Below are positions 9,222 through 18,082 of a DNA stretch of 64,000 bases, in pieces (position 1 is the first letter of the stretch; each line of letters begins with the position of its first letter). This stretch comes from Patescibacteria group bacterium. Lineage in GTDB: Bacteria > Patescibacteriota > Minisyncoccia > 2-02-FULL-40-12. The notes under the pieces were generated by a model that did not search any database, was not told where the DNA came from, and saw only the letters and a program-made list of their open reading frames with translations. Both the position numbers and the translations under genes were made by a program. Location of the stretch: assembly GCA_038062015.1 (NCBI GenBank), contig JBBTXZ010000003.1:7857-71856 (forward strand). Direction: 5' to 3'.

Positions 9222-10091
9222 TTAGTAATTAGAATTTAGAACAGAACCGATAAAGTCTTTACGGCCATTCAAAAAATCCTTTATTTCCATTGGTTTTTTA
9301 CCTTCAAGTTGAACGGTTTTCAATAACACAGCGCTATGAAAGCCACACTTTATTGCGGTTTGTCTATTTTCAACCAAAAAAACCTGACCATTTTTAAAAT
9401 TACCATTTTTTTTAGAAATCGGCAATACTTCAAGGATTTTCAATATCTTATTATTCCAAGCAGTCCAGGTTCCGGGTTCAGGATTTAAGGCGCGTATTTG
9501 CCTGTCTATTCCATCGGCAGATTTTGACCAGTCAATTTTTCCGTCTTGCCAAGAAAATTTCTTAGTGTAGATCGCTTCTTGATGATTTTGTTCAGTCGGT
9601 TTTACTTCTCCGTTAATCCATTTCGGCAAAATCTCAATTAAAAGCTTAGTTCCTAATTCTGCGAGTTTTTTTTCCAGTTCTTTATATTTTTCATTTTTCA
9701 TTTTTAATTTTTCATTTGCTATTGTCGGCCCGTGGTCAACTTTTTCATCCATTAAAATTATGGTTACGCCGGTTTCTTTTTCGTCGTTTAAAATCGCTGA
9801 TTGTATTGGGGAGGCCCCGCGGTATTTTGGCAGAAGCGAGGGATGGATATTCAGAAAACCATATTTGGGAATTTCCAAGTATTCTTTGGGAATTATTCTC
9901 CCATAAGCGGCGACAACGCAAATATCCGGGTTTAATTTTTTAAAATCTTCAATGCCTTTTTCTAAATCCCAGAGAATAGGGGAGCAGCCTCGTAAAGGGG
10001 CGTGGCCCCCACGAGGCTTTACGCCCCCTTTTTTCAAAGCCTCAAAAACCGGCTTTGAGAAAGATGATGTTCCGAAAAAAAATAATTTCAT
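9222..10091 (-). CDS. fmt: Methionyl-tRNA formyltransferase with an atypical N-terminal loop
   Basis: FFGTSSF, VAAYGRII, NIHPSLLPKYRGASPIQ, IRALNPEPG. Confidence 0.93.
   Translation of the reverse strand: MKLFFFGTSSFSKPVFEALKKGGVKPRGGHAPLRGCSPILWDLEKGIEDFKKLNPDICVVAAYGRIIPKEYLEIPKYGFLNIHPSLLPKYRGASPIQSAILNDEKETGVTIILMDEKVDHGPTIANEKLKMKNEKYKELEKKLAELGTKLLIEILPKWINGEVKPTEQNHQEAIYTKKFSWQDGKIDWSKSADGIDRQIRALNPEPGTWTAWNNKILKILEVLPISKKNGNFKNGQVFLVENRQTAIKCGFHSAVLLKTVQLEGKKPMEIKDFLNGRKDFIGSVLNSNY
9978..10029. repeat. GC-rich palindromic element inside fmt
   Basis: agcctcgt/acgaggct stem enclosing ggggc-gtg-gcccc; encodes GGVKPRGGHAPLRGCSP. Confidence 0.7.
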
Positions 10092-10155
10092 GAATGAATC
10101 GAATACGCCCTCACGGGCTCCTTTTTATATTAAAACTTCATCCCAAATTCCGCCG

Positions 10156-10184
10156 TTGACATAACTCAAAATAAGGCATAATAT
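10156..10184 (+). promoter_or_regulatory. sigma70-like promoter
   Basis: TTGACA-N17-TAATAT upstream of two small ORFs. Confidence 0.55.
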
Positions 10185-10210
10185 AATTTATTCTGTAAAA
10201 GGGGGAGGCA

Positions 10211-10420
10211 ATGAATATTAACAGTCCGGGAGACGCTAATGAAAAGAATCCAGTACATTGTTATGGGTGTGATGAAATTGTAATTGCGGCTAGAGAACAC
10301 CACAAAGAGAAACACTTCAGAACCACACACAAGTGTCCGAAGTGCGGTTATAGAGGAAGTCTCTTGACCATAAACGGAATACCCCAATTGAGGCATCCTG
10401 GCGAGATACCTGGAGCATAG
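10211..10420 (+). CDS. Small zinc-ribbon-like protein
   Basis: CYGC...CPKC; GGAGG just upstream of ATG. Confidence 0.55.
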   Translation: MNINSPGDANEKNPVHCYGCDEIVIAAREHHKEKHFRTTHKCPKCGYRGSLLTINGIPQLRHPGEIPGA

Positions 10421-10452
10421 TCGTAAAATTGTTCTTTTAGGAGGAGATAGCC

Positions 10453-10740
10453 ATGACAGAACAGACAGCGAAGCAACGGCGTCCTTTTCACGAATCCATC
10501 GTCGATGCAATCCGTCGTGCCTCATACAGCGATATGAGGTGTCTAGGAAAACTCATCCAGGAGACCAAGATCCCAAAGGGTCACGACGCAATAATCGCCG
10601 CCTGGAATGATCGAAATGAGGAACTGTCTCGCGAGATGCGCGAGGCCGGTGATGTGTATGGCGATCTTTTCGAACAGAAACAGGAAGCTGAAGAAAAGGA
10701 AAGGGCGAAGAAACAGCAGAATGAAGTCGCCACCACATAA
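10453..10740 (+). CDS. Hypothetical helical protein
   Basis: Strong SD AGGAGG, terminator downstream. Confidence 0.7.
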   Translation: MTEQTAKQRRPFHESIVDAIRRASYSDMRCLGKLIQETKIPKGHDAIIAAWNDRNEELSREMREAGDVYGDLFEQKQEAEEKERAKKQQNEVATT

Positions 10741-10771
10741 CCTAGGGAGCACTTTTCCCGCCAAGCTTCAC

Positions 10772-10808
10772 AAGGCGCCCGACCTACTGGTCCGGCGCCT
10801 TTTTCTTT
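10772..10808 (+). terminator. Intrinsic terminator
   Basis: aaggcgcc...ggcgcctt stem followed by a T tract. Confidence 0.75.
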
Positions 10809-10862
10809 CGGGTTTCGCTGGCGAGTTCTGACGAGGCGAAATCTTCTAATGATTTAGGTTGT

Positions 10863-11065
10863 GCGGGGCATGCCCGTTTTCTGAACTACAAGGGAGCAGG
10901 AACAAATAACCGAAAGAGGGTGAATAATTTGCCGGTTACAACATAGGGTAGGGGATTCCCTATTTGTCGGCAAATTTTAATGAGGTCAATTTCTTAATTG
11001 CGAATGGTACTCTCTGAGGGTTATTTGTCTGCGACGCTTGAGAGAAGAAAACGGGCATGCCCCGC
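10863..11065 (+). ncRNA. Dispersed structured element, full copy 2
   Basis: Perfect 20-bp closing stem (10863-10882/11046-11065) ending tttct/agaaa; stem acaaataacc/ggttatttgt; apical aatttgccg...cggcaaatt. Confidence 0.6.
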
Positions 11066-11066
11066 G

Positions 11067-11774
11067 CTATTTATCCGTAATCATAACCCCTTGCAGATGG
11101 TCGTATTCGTGCTGCAAGACCCGGGCCAGCATGCCTTTGGCGATAAACTTGTATTTCTTTTCGTTCTCATCCACTGATTTAACCTTCACCTTTTTCGGCC
11201 TTTTGATTTTCAACCATGTCTCCGGAATGCTCAAACAACCCTCTTCAAGCTCTTCAGAATCTTTTGAGTATGGCTTTACTTCCGAATTTATGTAGACGCT
11301 CGGCGCGTTGTGTTCCTTAGCCAATTCTTCATCAATCACAAAAAGGGCCATATCCAAACCGACCTGGTTCGCCGCTAAACCAATGCCATTGGCTTCTTTC
11401 ATCGTTTTTTTCATCTTTAAAATAACCTTTTTCAGTGAAGGCGTTATTAAACCAATTATTTTTAGTTTTTGGGACAGAATTTCAGCCGGTTTTTTGACAA
11501 TTTCCATCTTATTTGTCGATTCGTAAACGAAAAGTTTCCCCGGGGTTTTTACATTTTTGGACTGTTTTATTTTTGAAAATATCCGGTAGGCCGGTCTAAG
11601 CCCTATATTTTTAATTATCCCCAGATACATCGCGAATTTTTTGGATTCCCCGGCGTATTCTGATATTTCTTTGGCCAAGGCGTGGATCGGACCATGAATC
11701 CCGCGCTCCGGCTTTTTCTTCTTTATTTTAGCGAATTCTTTTCCGATTTTAGTCAAACCGGCCGATATTCTCAT
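11067..11774 (-). CDS. def: Peptide deformylase with an ~89-aa N-terminal extra domain
   Basis: GIGLAANQVG, EGCLS and QHEYDHLQG motifs in the C-terminal 146 aa. Confidence 0.9.
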   Translation of the reverse strand: MRISAGLTKIGKEFAKIKKKKPERGIHGPIHALAKEISEYAGESKKFAMYLGIIKNIGLRPAYRIFSKIKQSKNVKTPGKLFVYESTNKMEIVKKPAEILSQKLKIIGLITPSLKKVILKMKKTMKEANGIGLAANQVGLDMALFVIDEELAKEHNAPSVYINSEVKPYSKDSEELEEGCLSIPETWLKIKRPKKVKVKSVDENEKKYKFIAKGMLARVLQHEYDHLQGVMITDK

Positions 11775-11803
11775 TACCTCAAAAATAGTATATTATATTA
11801 ATT

Positions 11804-13249
11804 ATGTCTAACCAAATTCGAGTCAGAATCGCCCCAAGCCCTACCGGGCCACTTCATATAGGCACCGCGCGCACGGCGCTTTTTAATTGGCTTTTTGCCC
11901 GAAAAAACAAAGGGGATTTCATCTTAAGAATTGAAGATACTGATTTGGAACGCTCTGACCCGAAATTTGAGGAAGAAATCAAGGACTCTCTGGATTGGTT
12001 AAACCTGGAATGGGACGAATTTTACAAGCAAAGCGAGCGAATCGGGGTTTATAAAAAATACCTGCAAAAACTTCTGGATGAAGGTAAAGCATTCTGGTGT
12101 TATCACACGATTGAAGAATTAGAACAAGAAAAAAAAGAACAGACAAAACGAAAAGAAGCGCCGCGCCATATTTGTCAGCATAAGTATATGAAACATGAAA
12201 CAAAGAACATGAAACAGGGGATTATTAGATTAGCGGTTGATGAAAATTCAACTAGAATAATTCACTTTAACGACATAATCCGCGGAACGATTGAGTGGCA
12301 AGAACGTTTGATAGGGGATTTGAGCTTAGCTAAAAACTTAGAAACGCCTTTATATAATTTTGCTGCCGTGGTTGACGACTATGAAACAAAAATTTCGCAT
12401 GTAATAAGAGGAGAAGACCATATTTCAAACACGCCGAAACAGATATTAATTCAGGAAGCGCTTGGATTCAATTCTTTCCAATACGTTCATCTGCCTTTAA
12501 TTTTAGGATCGGACAGAACTAAACTTTCAAAAAGACACGGGGCAGAATCGATTCAAGAGTATATGGATATGGGCTATTTGCCAGAAGCAATGATTAACTT
12601 TATGGCTTTGCTTGGATGGCATCAGCCAGAAGATATAAAGAGAAAAGGAGAAAAACCTGAAGATATTTTTACCATAGATGAACTGGCTGCCGTATTTAAT
12701 TTAGAAGACGTCCAAAAGTCGCCGGCTGTTTTTGACATAAAAAAACTGAACTGGATGAACAGTTATTATATTCATCAATTGCCGCCGGAACAATTCAGAG
12801 CGGCGGTAGAGCCATTTATAATTAAAGAACTTGGCGTGAATGGCGTAAGAGACGAGTATTTGGATAAAATCCAGCACCTTATGGCCGAGCGCATGGAAAA
12901 ATTATCCGACGTAAAAAATTTTGATTATTTTTTCAAAGAACCGGAATACAATAGGGGATTACTAATTTGGAAAACATTTACTAACGAAGAAATCAAGAGA
13001 TCGCTCACTTTAACAAAAGAAGCGCTTGAACCGGTTGATTGGGGAATTTTTGACAAAGATTATATTAGAAAAAAAATAGATAATCTGGCTAAGGAAAATT
13101 TTGACGGCGATAGGGGAGCGGTCTACTGGCCTTTAAGGGTGGCCTTGACGGGCAAAGAAGCATCACCTGACCCGATTGATATACTGGCAGTTTTACCGAA
13201 AGAAACAGTCATTAAAAGACTTGAAAATGCTATTAAGCTTACACCATGA
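11804..13249 (+). CDS. gltX: Glutamate--tRNA ligase
   Basis: RIAPSPTG, HIGT, LRIEDTD, IRGEDH, KLSKR. Confidence 0.97.
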   Translation: MSNQIRVRIAPSPTGPLHIGTARTALFNWLFARKNKGDFILRIEDTDLERSDPKFEEEIKDSLDWLNLEWDEFYKQSERIGVYKKYLQKLLDEGKAFWCYHTIEELEQEKKEQTKRKEAPRHICQHKYMKHETKNMKQGIIRLAVDENSTRIIHFNDIIRGTIEWQERLIGDLSLAKNLETPLYNFAAVVDDYETKISHVIRGEDHISNTPKQILIQEALGFNSFQYVHLPLILGSDRTKLSKRHGAESIQEYMDMGYLPEAMINFMALLGWHQPEDIKRKGEKPEDIFTIDELAAVFNLEDVQKSPAVFDIKKLNWMNSYYIHQLPPEQFRAAVEPFIIKELGVNGVRDEYLDKIQHLMAERMEKLSDVKNFDYFFKEPEYNRGLLIWKTFTNEEIKRSLTLTKEALEPVDWGIFDKDYIRKKIDNLAKENFDGDRGAVYWPLRVALTGKEASPDPIDILAVLPKETVIKRLENAIKLTP

Positions 13250-13336
13250 ATTCTTTAGTTTTATTAGTCCTAAAACCGGCCAGATTTATTTTAATTATTG
13301 GCAAAGAAGCTTAAATCCGTTTGATTATATGTAATT

Positions 13337-14599
13337 ATGACGAACATACTTATTTTGGGAGGAGGTTTTGGAGGAATCAGCGCCGCTTTGAAACTGGAAA
13401 GAGAATTAAAAAATAATTCCGATTTCAAAATTACCTTAATAGACCGCAATAATTTCCATTTATTCACTCCTTCTCTTTACGAAGTCGCTACTGTCTACGG
13501 CCTTATTCAAGATAATTTCGCCCAATATTTGAGAGGTTCGGTGGCTATTCCGATCAACGAAATACTGAAAGGTAAGAAAGTAAATTTCGTCCAAGCGGAA
13601 ATAAAAGAAATAAACCTTAAAGAAAAATTTGTTGCCTCTGGCGGCGGGGCAAAATTAGATTTTGATTATCTGATTATCGCTCTTGGCGGCGAAACAGAGT
13701 TTTATGGCATTCCCGGCGTTCAGGAATATGCTTTTAACTTTAAGTCAATTGATAATGCGATAGGGATTTTCAAAAAAATCCAAGAAATTTATAAAAAATA
13801 TCAAAAAGAGAAAGATGAAAAAGATTTAAGAATCGCAATAATCGGCGGTGGTTTCACTGGGGTAGAATTTGCTGCCGAATTGGGTTGTTGTGTGGGTAAT
13901 ATCATAAAAGATTATAAATTGAGTAAAACATGCACCATAATTTCCTTATTTGAGGCCGGGCCAGTAATTTTATCGGCCATAAATGAAAAATCAAGAAAAG
14001 CTATTGAGAAAAGATTGAAAAATGAGATGGTAAAAATTCAGATAAATTCACCAGTGGCCAAAGTCGGTCCTGATTACATTAAAATCGGAGATGGCGGAGA
14101 AGCATTGAATTTTGATTTAGTTGTCTGGGCAGGCGGAGTCCGCGGCTCAAGATTTTTAGAGAATTTAGGATTAAAGCTGACCAAAAAAGGAACAATTGAA
14201 ATTAATGATTTTCTGCAGACAAAAAATCATGATGATTCTTTAAATGAAAAAATTTTTGCAATAGGGGATAGCGCAACTTTTATTGATCCAAAAACCGGAA
14301 AATCGGTCCCGGCAATGGCTTATGTCGCTTATGACCAGGGTGCGATTGCCGCCGAAAACATAATAAAAGACATTAATAAACAAAAATTAACCCCTTATAA
14401 ACCGTTTTATGATGTCTGGATAGCGCCGGCCGGGGGCAAATGGGCCTACTTTTACTATAAAGGCATCGGCATTGCCGGATTCACGGGTTATTTACTAAAA
14501 CAACTGGTTGATTTTAAATACTTTCTAAGAATTCTGCCGTTAAATAAAGCCCTGGCCCTTTTCTTTAAAGATTTGGTGATTTTTACGAGGAATGATTAA
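13337..14599 (+). CDS. Type II NADH dehydrogenase-like FAD/NAD oxidoreductase
   Basis: Two GxGxxG Rossmann motifs (GGGFGG, GGGFTGVE), IFAIGD. Confidence 0.85.
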   Translation: MTNILILGGGFGGISAALKLERELKNNSDFKITLIDRNNFHLFTPSLYEVATVYGLIQDNFAQYLRGSVAIPINEILKGKKVNFVQAEIKEINLKEKFVASGGGAKLDFDYLIIALGGETEFYGIPGVQEYAFNFKSIDNAIGIFKKIQEIYKKYQKEKDEKDLRIAIIGGGFTGVEFAAELGCCVGNIIKDYKLSKTCTIISLFEAGPVILSAINEKSRKAIEKRLKNEMVKIQINSPVAKVGPDYIKIGDGGEALNFDLVVWAGGVRGSRFLENLGLKLTKKGTIEINDFLQTKNHDDSLNEKIFAIGDSATFIDPKTGKSVPAMAYVAYDQGAIAAENIIKDINKQKLTPYKPFYDVWIAPAGGKWAYFYYKGIGIAGFTGYLLKQLVDFKYFLRILPLNKALALFFKDLVIFTRND

Positions 14600-15547
14600 T
14601 TATCCGTTTTTAATTCCGTGAAACTTACGATGGATCTCTCGAAGTCGCGGTTTGGTAATATGAGTATATATCTGAGTAGTGACTATACTTTTATGGCCCA
14701 AAAATTCTTGGACAGTTCTTAAATCAACTCCTTTCATTAATAAATCCGTTGCAAAACTGTGACGCAGTGTATGAACTGTAGTGATTATCGGCAGGCCGGC
14801 TAAAATCGCGCATCCCTTGACCGTTCTTTCAATGCTTTTAATGCTCAGCTGGCTGCCCGGAGATTTACCCCTATAGTTTATAAATAAGGCCTTATTATTG
14901 TCTTTTCTTGTTTCAAGGTACTTTCTTAGCCAATTAATTGCCCTTTCCGATAAATAAACCGTTCGTGGCCGGTTGCCTTTGCCGATAATTGATATCTCTA
15001 AATCTTCAGTCGTGTTTTTAATTTTTATTTGCTCGCGATTCAAACTTGCTAATTCAGCGACTCTTAAACCGGTGGAGAAGAGGATTTCCAATATAGACCT
15101 GTCTCTTAATCCAATGACTCTGGAGGTGTCCGGAACGCTGAATAGTTTTTCAAGCTGTTCTAAGTTTAAAAAATGTAGAATTTTTTCTCCTTTTTCTTTT
15201 GGCAGTTTTATTTTTTCGGGGGGCAGAGAAGTGATGTCTTTTTCAGCGAAATAGGTCAGTAAAGATCTTAAAGCGATTAGATAGTAGTTCTGAGTCGTTT
15301 TTTTCAAAGGCCTGCCGTCTCTGGATATGTGATGCCGTGAAAGGTAAAGCTTATATTGCCAAATATGATCAGGGGAGAGATCAGCTGGTTTTACATTATC
15401 TAATTTATTTTTTTTAAGCCAATTTAAAAAAATTTTTAAAAATCTGGCATAGTTCTCCTGTGATTTGCTGGATAATCCTTTTTCTATTTCAAGCCAGTCC
15501 AAAAAATCTGTTAGGTGCTGGGGGAGTGGTTTTTGATTTATATTCAT
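14600..15547 (-). CDS. Xer-family tyrosine recombinase
   Basis: LRDRSILEILFSTGLRVAEL, GKGN, HTLRHSFAT, LGH...TTQIYTH. Confidence 0.93.
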   Translation of the reverse strand: MNINQKPLPQHLTDFLDWLEIEKGLSSKSQENYARFLKIFLNWLKKNKLDNVKPADLSPDHIWQYKLYLSRHHISRDGRPLKKTTQNYYLIALRSLLTYFAEKDITSLPPEKIKLPKEKGEKILHFLNLEQLEKLFSVPDTSRVIGLRDRSILEILFSTGLRVAELASLNREQIKIKNTTEDLEISIIGKGNRPRTVYLSERAINWLRKYLETRKDNNKALFINYRGKSPGSQLSIKSIERTVKGCAILAGLPIITTVHTLRHSFATDLLMKGVDLRTVQEFLGHKSIVTTQIYTHITKPRLREIHRKFHGIKNG

Positions 15548-15563
15548 GAAATATTTATATCCA

Positions 15564-15591
15564 AGGTGTATTAATCTACATTATGCGACAT
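15564..15591 (-). promoter_or_regulatory. dif-like Xer-binding site upstream of the recombinase
   Basis: Minus strand ATGTCGCATAA-TGTAGA-TTAATACACCT resembles the XerC arm and spacer of E. coli dif; the second arm is degenerate. Confidence 0.45.
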
Positions 15592-15713
15592 TGCATTAAA
15601 TATAGTTCTACTGGTTTTTTAGGTCAATCCTCTCTTATCAACATTGGGATTTTAGGGATTTTAATTTAATTATAAACAATGCTAAATTATTTTTTTAATG
15701 GTAGACTTAAATA

Positions 15714-16466
15714 ATGTTTTACGCTGACCTGAATCATTTCAAGGGCAAGACCGGGTACGAGATAGATGGCATCTGGTATCCCCGAGTTACCTCTATCGTT
15801 TCTATTAAAGCTAAACCGGCCCTTTATAAGTTTTATGCTGATCAGGGCAGTTTTTCGATGGCTGAATCAATTAAATCAAAGTCGGCTGATGAAGGGACTC
15901 TTATCCACGAAACGGTAGAAGCGATACTCGCCGGAAAAACCACAGCTATCCCCCATTCTATCATGCCGGCCATCAGCGCCTTTTTAGAATTTAAGAAAAA
16001 AAATGAAATTATCCCGATGAAAATAGAAGAGCGGGTCGTTTCAAAAAATCACTGGTATGCCGGAACAGTTGATGTTATCGGCAAATTAAACGGTCAGCTC
16101 GGAGTTCTGGATATTAAAACTTCTTATTCCATTTACCGCGACTATGGCCTTCAGACCGCCGCCTATGCGGAAGCAATTAAAGAAAATAATATTTTCCCCA
16201 CGACCAGATGGGTTTTAAGGATTGATCAGGCAAAGATATGCACTAAATGCGGGGCTAAAATGCGCGAAAAAGGCGGCAACGTAAAAGTGAGGGGCGGGGT
16301 TTCGGAATGCCAGCATTCTTTCGGCCCAGTTACCGGCGAAATTGAATTGAAAGAACTGGATAATTTTGAAAATGACATAAAAGCTTTTTTGGCTTGTAAC
16401 AGCTTATGGGTCTGGGAGCACGAGCATTGGATTAAAAGGATTCGAAACGGCCTCTCCCCCTATTAA
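15714..16466 (+). CDS. PD-(D/E)XK nuclease (RecB/phage-exonuclease-like) with a C-terminal Cys cluster
   Basis: GTLIH, EERV, YAGTVD, LDIKTS, QTAAYA; CTKC...CQH. Confidence 0.8.
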   Translation: MFYADLNHFKGKTGYEIDGIWYPRVTSIVSIKAKPALYKFYADQGSFSMAESIKSKSADEGTLIHETVEAILAGKTTAIPHSIMPAISAFLEFKKKNEIIPMKIEERVVSKNHWYAGTVDVIGKLNGQLGVLDIKTSYSIYRDYGLQTAAYAEAIKENNIFPTTRWVLRIDQAKICTKCGAKMREKGGNVKVRGGVSECQHSFGPVTGEIELKELDNFENDIKAFLACNSLWVWEHEHWIKRIRNGLSPY

Positions 16467-16852
16467 AGGCAGTTCCCGGCCAAAGAGTAGCCGGCCGAAA
16501 TCGCTTCTTTTTCGGAATTAAAAAATAATTTATTTTCTTCTTTTATCTGTTTAGCGCCGGGGCACCACAAAAAGTGGTATTTTCCAGAAGTTGATTTTTT
16601 AGACGCTACAACTCGAAAATCTACTCTTTCCACTGCCCTATTTTCTATATTATTCGCATCCCCTTCATTTGTATTAATTCGTATATTAGCATTGGGTTGG
16701 AAAATTTCCTGAATGCTTGCTTTTTCTATTTTTATCGGCTGGCTGACGGTTTTTGAAATCCGGCCCAGCTGAAAACTTAAAAGAGTGATTAAAACGATTA
16801 AGAATATAAGGAAGAGGTTTTTCTTGATTGTTTGAAAAAATTCTGTTAACAT
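16463..16852 (-). CDS. Membrane-anchored protein with an Ada-metal-binding-like C-terminal domain
   Basis: N-terminal TM; VASK...KYHFLWC...F.SEKEA..AGY..A.NC. Start moved to ATG 16852 because the longer ORF reads through a GC palindrome. Confidence 0.7.
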   Translation of the reverse strand: MLTEFFQTIKKNLFLIFLIVLITLLSFQLGRISKTVSQPIKIEKASIQEIFQPNANIRINTNEGDANNIENRAVERVDFRVVASKKSTSGKYHFLWCPGAKQIKEENKLFFNSEKEAISAGYSLAGNCL

Positions 16853-16870
16853 AAGAAAAAAAGGTGGGCT

Positions 16871-16931
16871 CCCGCCTTCGCTAAAGCTTGCGCCACCGCT
16901 GAAGCCAGCTATGGCGGCACGCGGTCGGCGG
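16871..16931. repeat. GC-rich nested palindromic intergenic element
   Basis: ccgcc...ggcgg enclosing cgcca-gctg/cagc-tggcg; starts cccgccttcgctaaagct. Confidence 0.5.
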
Positions 16932-16972
16932 ATGCTCATAATTGCAGCTATTCGCTGCGCTCATAGACAATT

Positions 16973-17245
16973 ATGGCACATACAAAACAAAAAGGTTCGT
17001 CTAAAAATAACCGGGAGTCAGAATCAAAACGCCTTGGCGTTAAGCTTTTTGGCGGTCAGGTTGCGCGACCGGGCAATGTAATAATCAGGCAGAGAGGCAC
17101 TAAATATGTACCTGGTCTTGGGGCGAGATTAGGCGGCGATGATACTATTTATGCTATAAAAGAAGGAAAAATATTTTTTAAAACCAAAAAAGTTTCAAAG
17201 TTCGACCGTTCAAAAAGAATCGTTAATATCGTTAATGTAATTTAG
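16973..17245 (+). CDS. rpmA: 50S ribosomal protein L27
   Basis: MAHTKQKGSSKNNRES.SKRLGVK, IIRQRGTK. Confidence 0.97.
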   Translation: MAHTKQKGSSKNNRESESKRLGVKLFGGQVARPGNVIIRQRGTKYVPGLGARLGGDDTIYAIKEGKIFFKTKKVSKFDRSKRIVNIVNVI

Positions 17246-17250
17246 CTTCT

Positions 17251-17694
17251 TTAAATTCCAATTACTTCTACTTCAAATTTAGTCTCAATATCATAATATT
17301 TAAATAAGGCCTGATGAACGCCAGCTTTTTTTATCTGATTAAAAGTAATTTCAATATAATCAGGATTAATTTCAATCCCCCGCTCCCTTAATGACTCCCC
17401 TATTTTTTTAGATGTAACTGCGGCGTATAAATTACCTTTTTCATCGGCCCTCGTTTCGATAAGTAATCGAAAATCTTTTAGTTTTCCAGTAACTTCTTTC
17501 ATCTTTTCGATTTCCCGCTGAACCTCTAAATTTTTTAATTTCTTCAACTCGTCGATCTTTTTTAAATTTTCCGCGGTGGCTAAAATCGCCAATTTTTTTG
17601 GCACCAAAAAATTCCTGGCATATCCGTGTTTAACCTCAAGGGTCTCCCCTATCTGCCCAAGGCCTTTGATGTTTTCGGTTAAGATTATTTTCAT
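17251..17694 (-). CDS. rplI: 50S ribosomal protein L9
   Basis: MKIIL...LG..G...VK.GYARNFL.P. Confidence 0.96.
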   Translation of the reverse strand: MKIILTENIKGLGQIGETLEVKHGYARNFLVPKKLAILATAENLKKIDELKKLKNLEVQREIEKMKEVTGKLKDFRLLIETRADEKGNLYAAVTSKKIGESLRERGIEINPDYIEITFNQIKKAGVHQALFKYYDIETKFEVEVIGI

Positions 17695-17792
17695 AACTAC
17701 TACGAAATTACGAATCAGTACGAATATACGAATTTGATTTTAACTATTTACTATGATACAACAATTCTAGACCTTTTCAAGGATGGTGATTA

Positions 17793-18026
17793 ATGGCTGA
17801 CCTCAAGTTTCCAAATTTAGACAAAACAAAAAAAACCACGCTGTATATTCAGGCCAATATCGACCTAAATATTGAAATAATAGCCAACTTTGGGAGAAGG
17901 CCAAAAAAAGATATCATAGAGGAGGCTCTGATTTGGTATCTGAAGGAAAAAATAGGTATTCCTGATCCAACTCAACCGCCAACTCTTTCTTGGGCACCAA
18001 AATCTCCACAAGCCATCAAAGCGTAA
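17793..18026 (+). CDS. Small hypothetical protein, ribbon-helix-helix-like
   Basis: KKTTLYI strand followed by two helices (KKDIIEEALIWYL). Confidence 0.5.
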   Translation: MADLKFPNLDKTKKTTLYIQANIDLNIEIIANFGRRPKKDIIEEALIWYLKEKIGIPDPTQPPTLSWAPKSPQAIKA

Positions 18027-18082
18027 GCAATGGTGGCTTCGTTGTTTTTAGCGAACTATAGCCCGTTTGGCGATGCCATATA

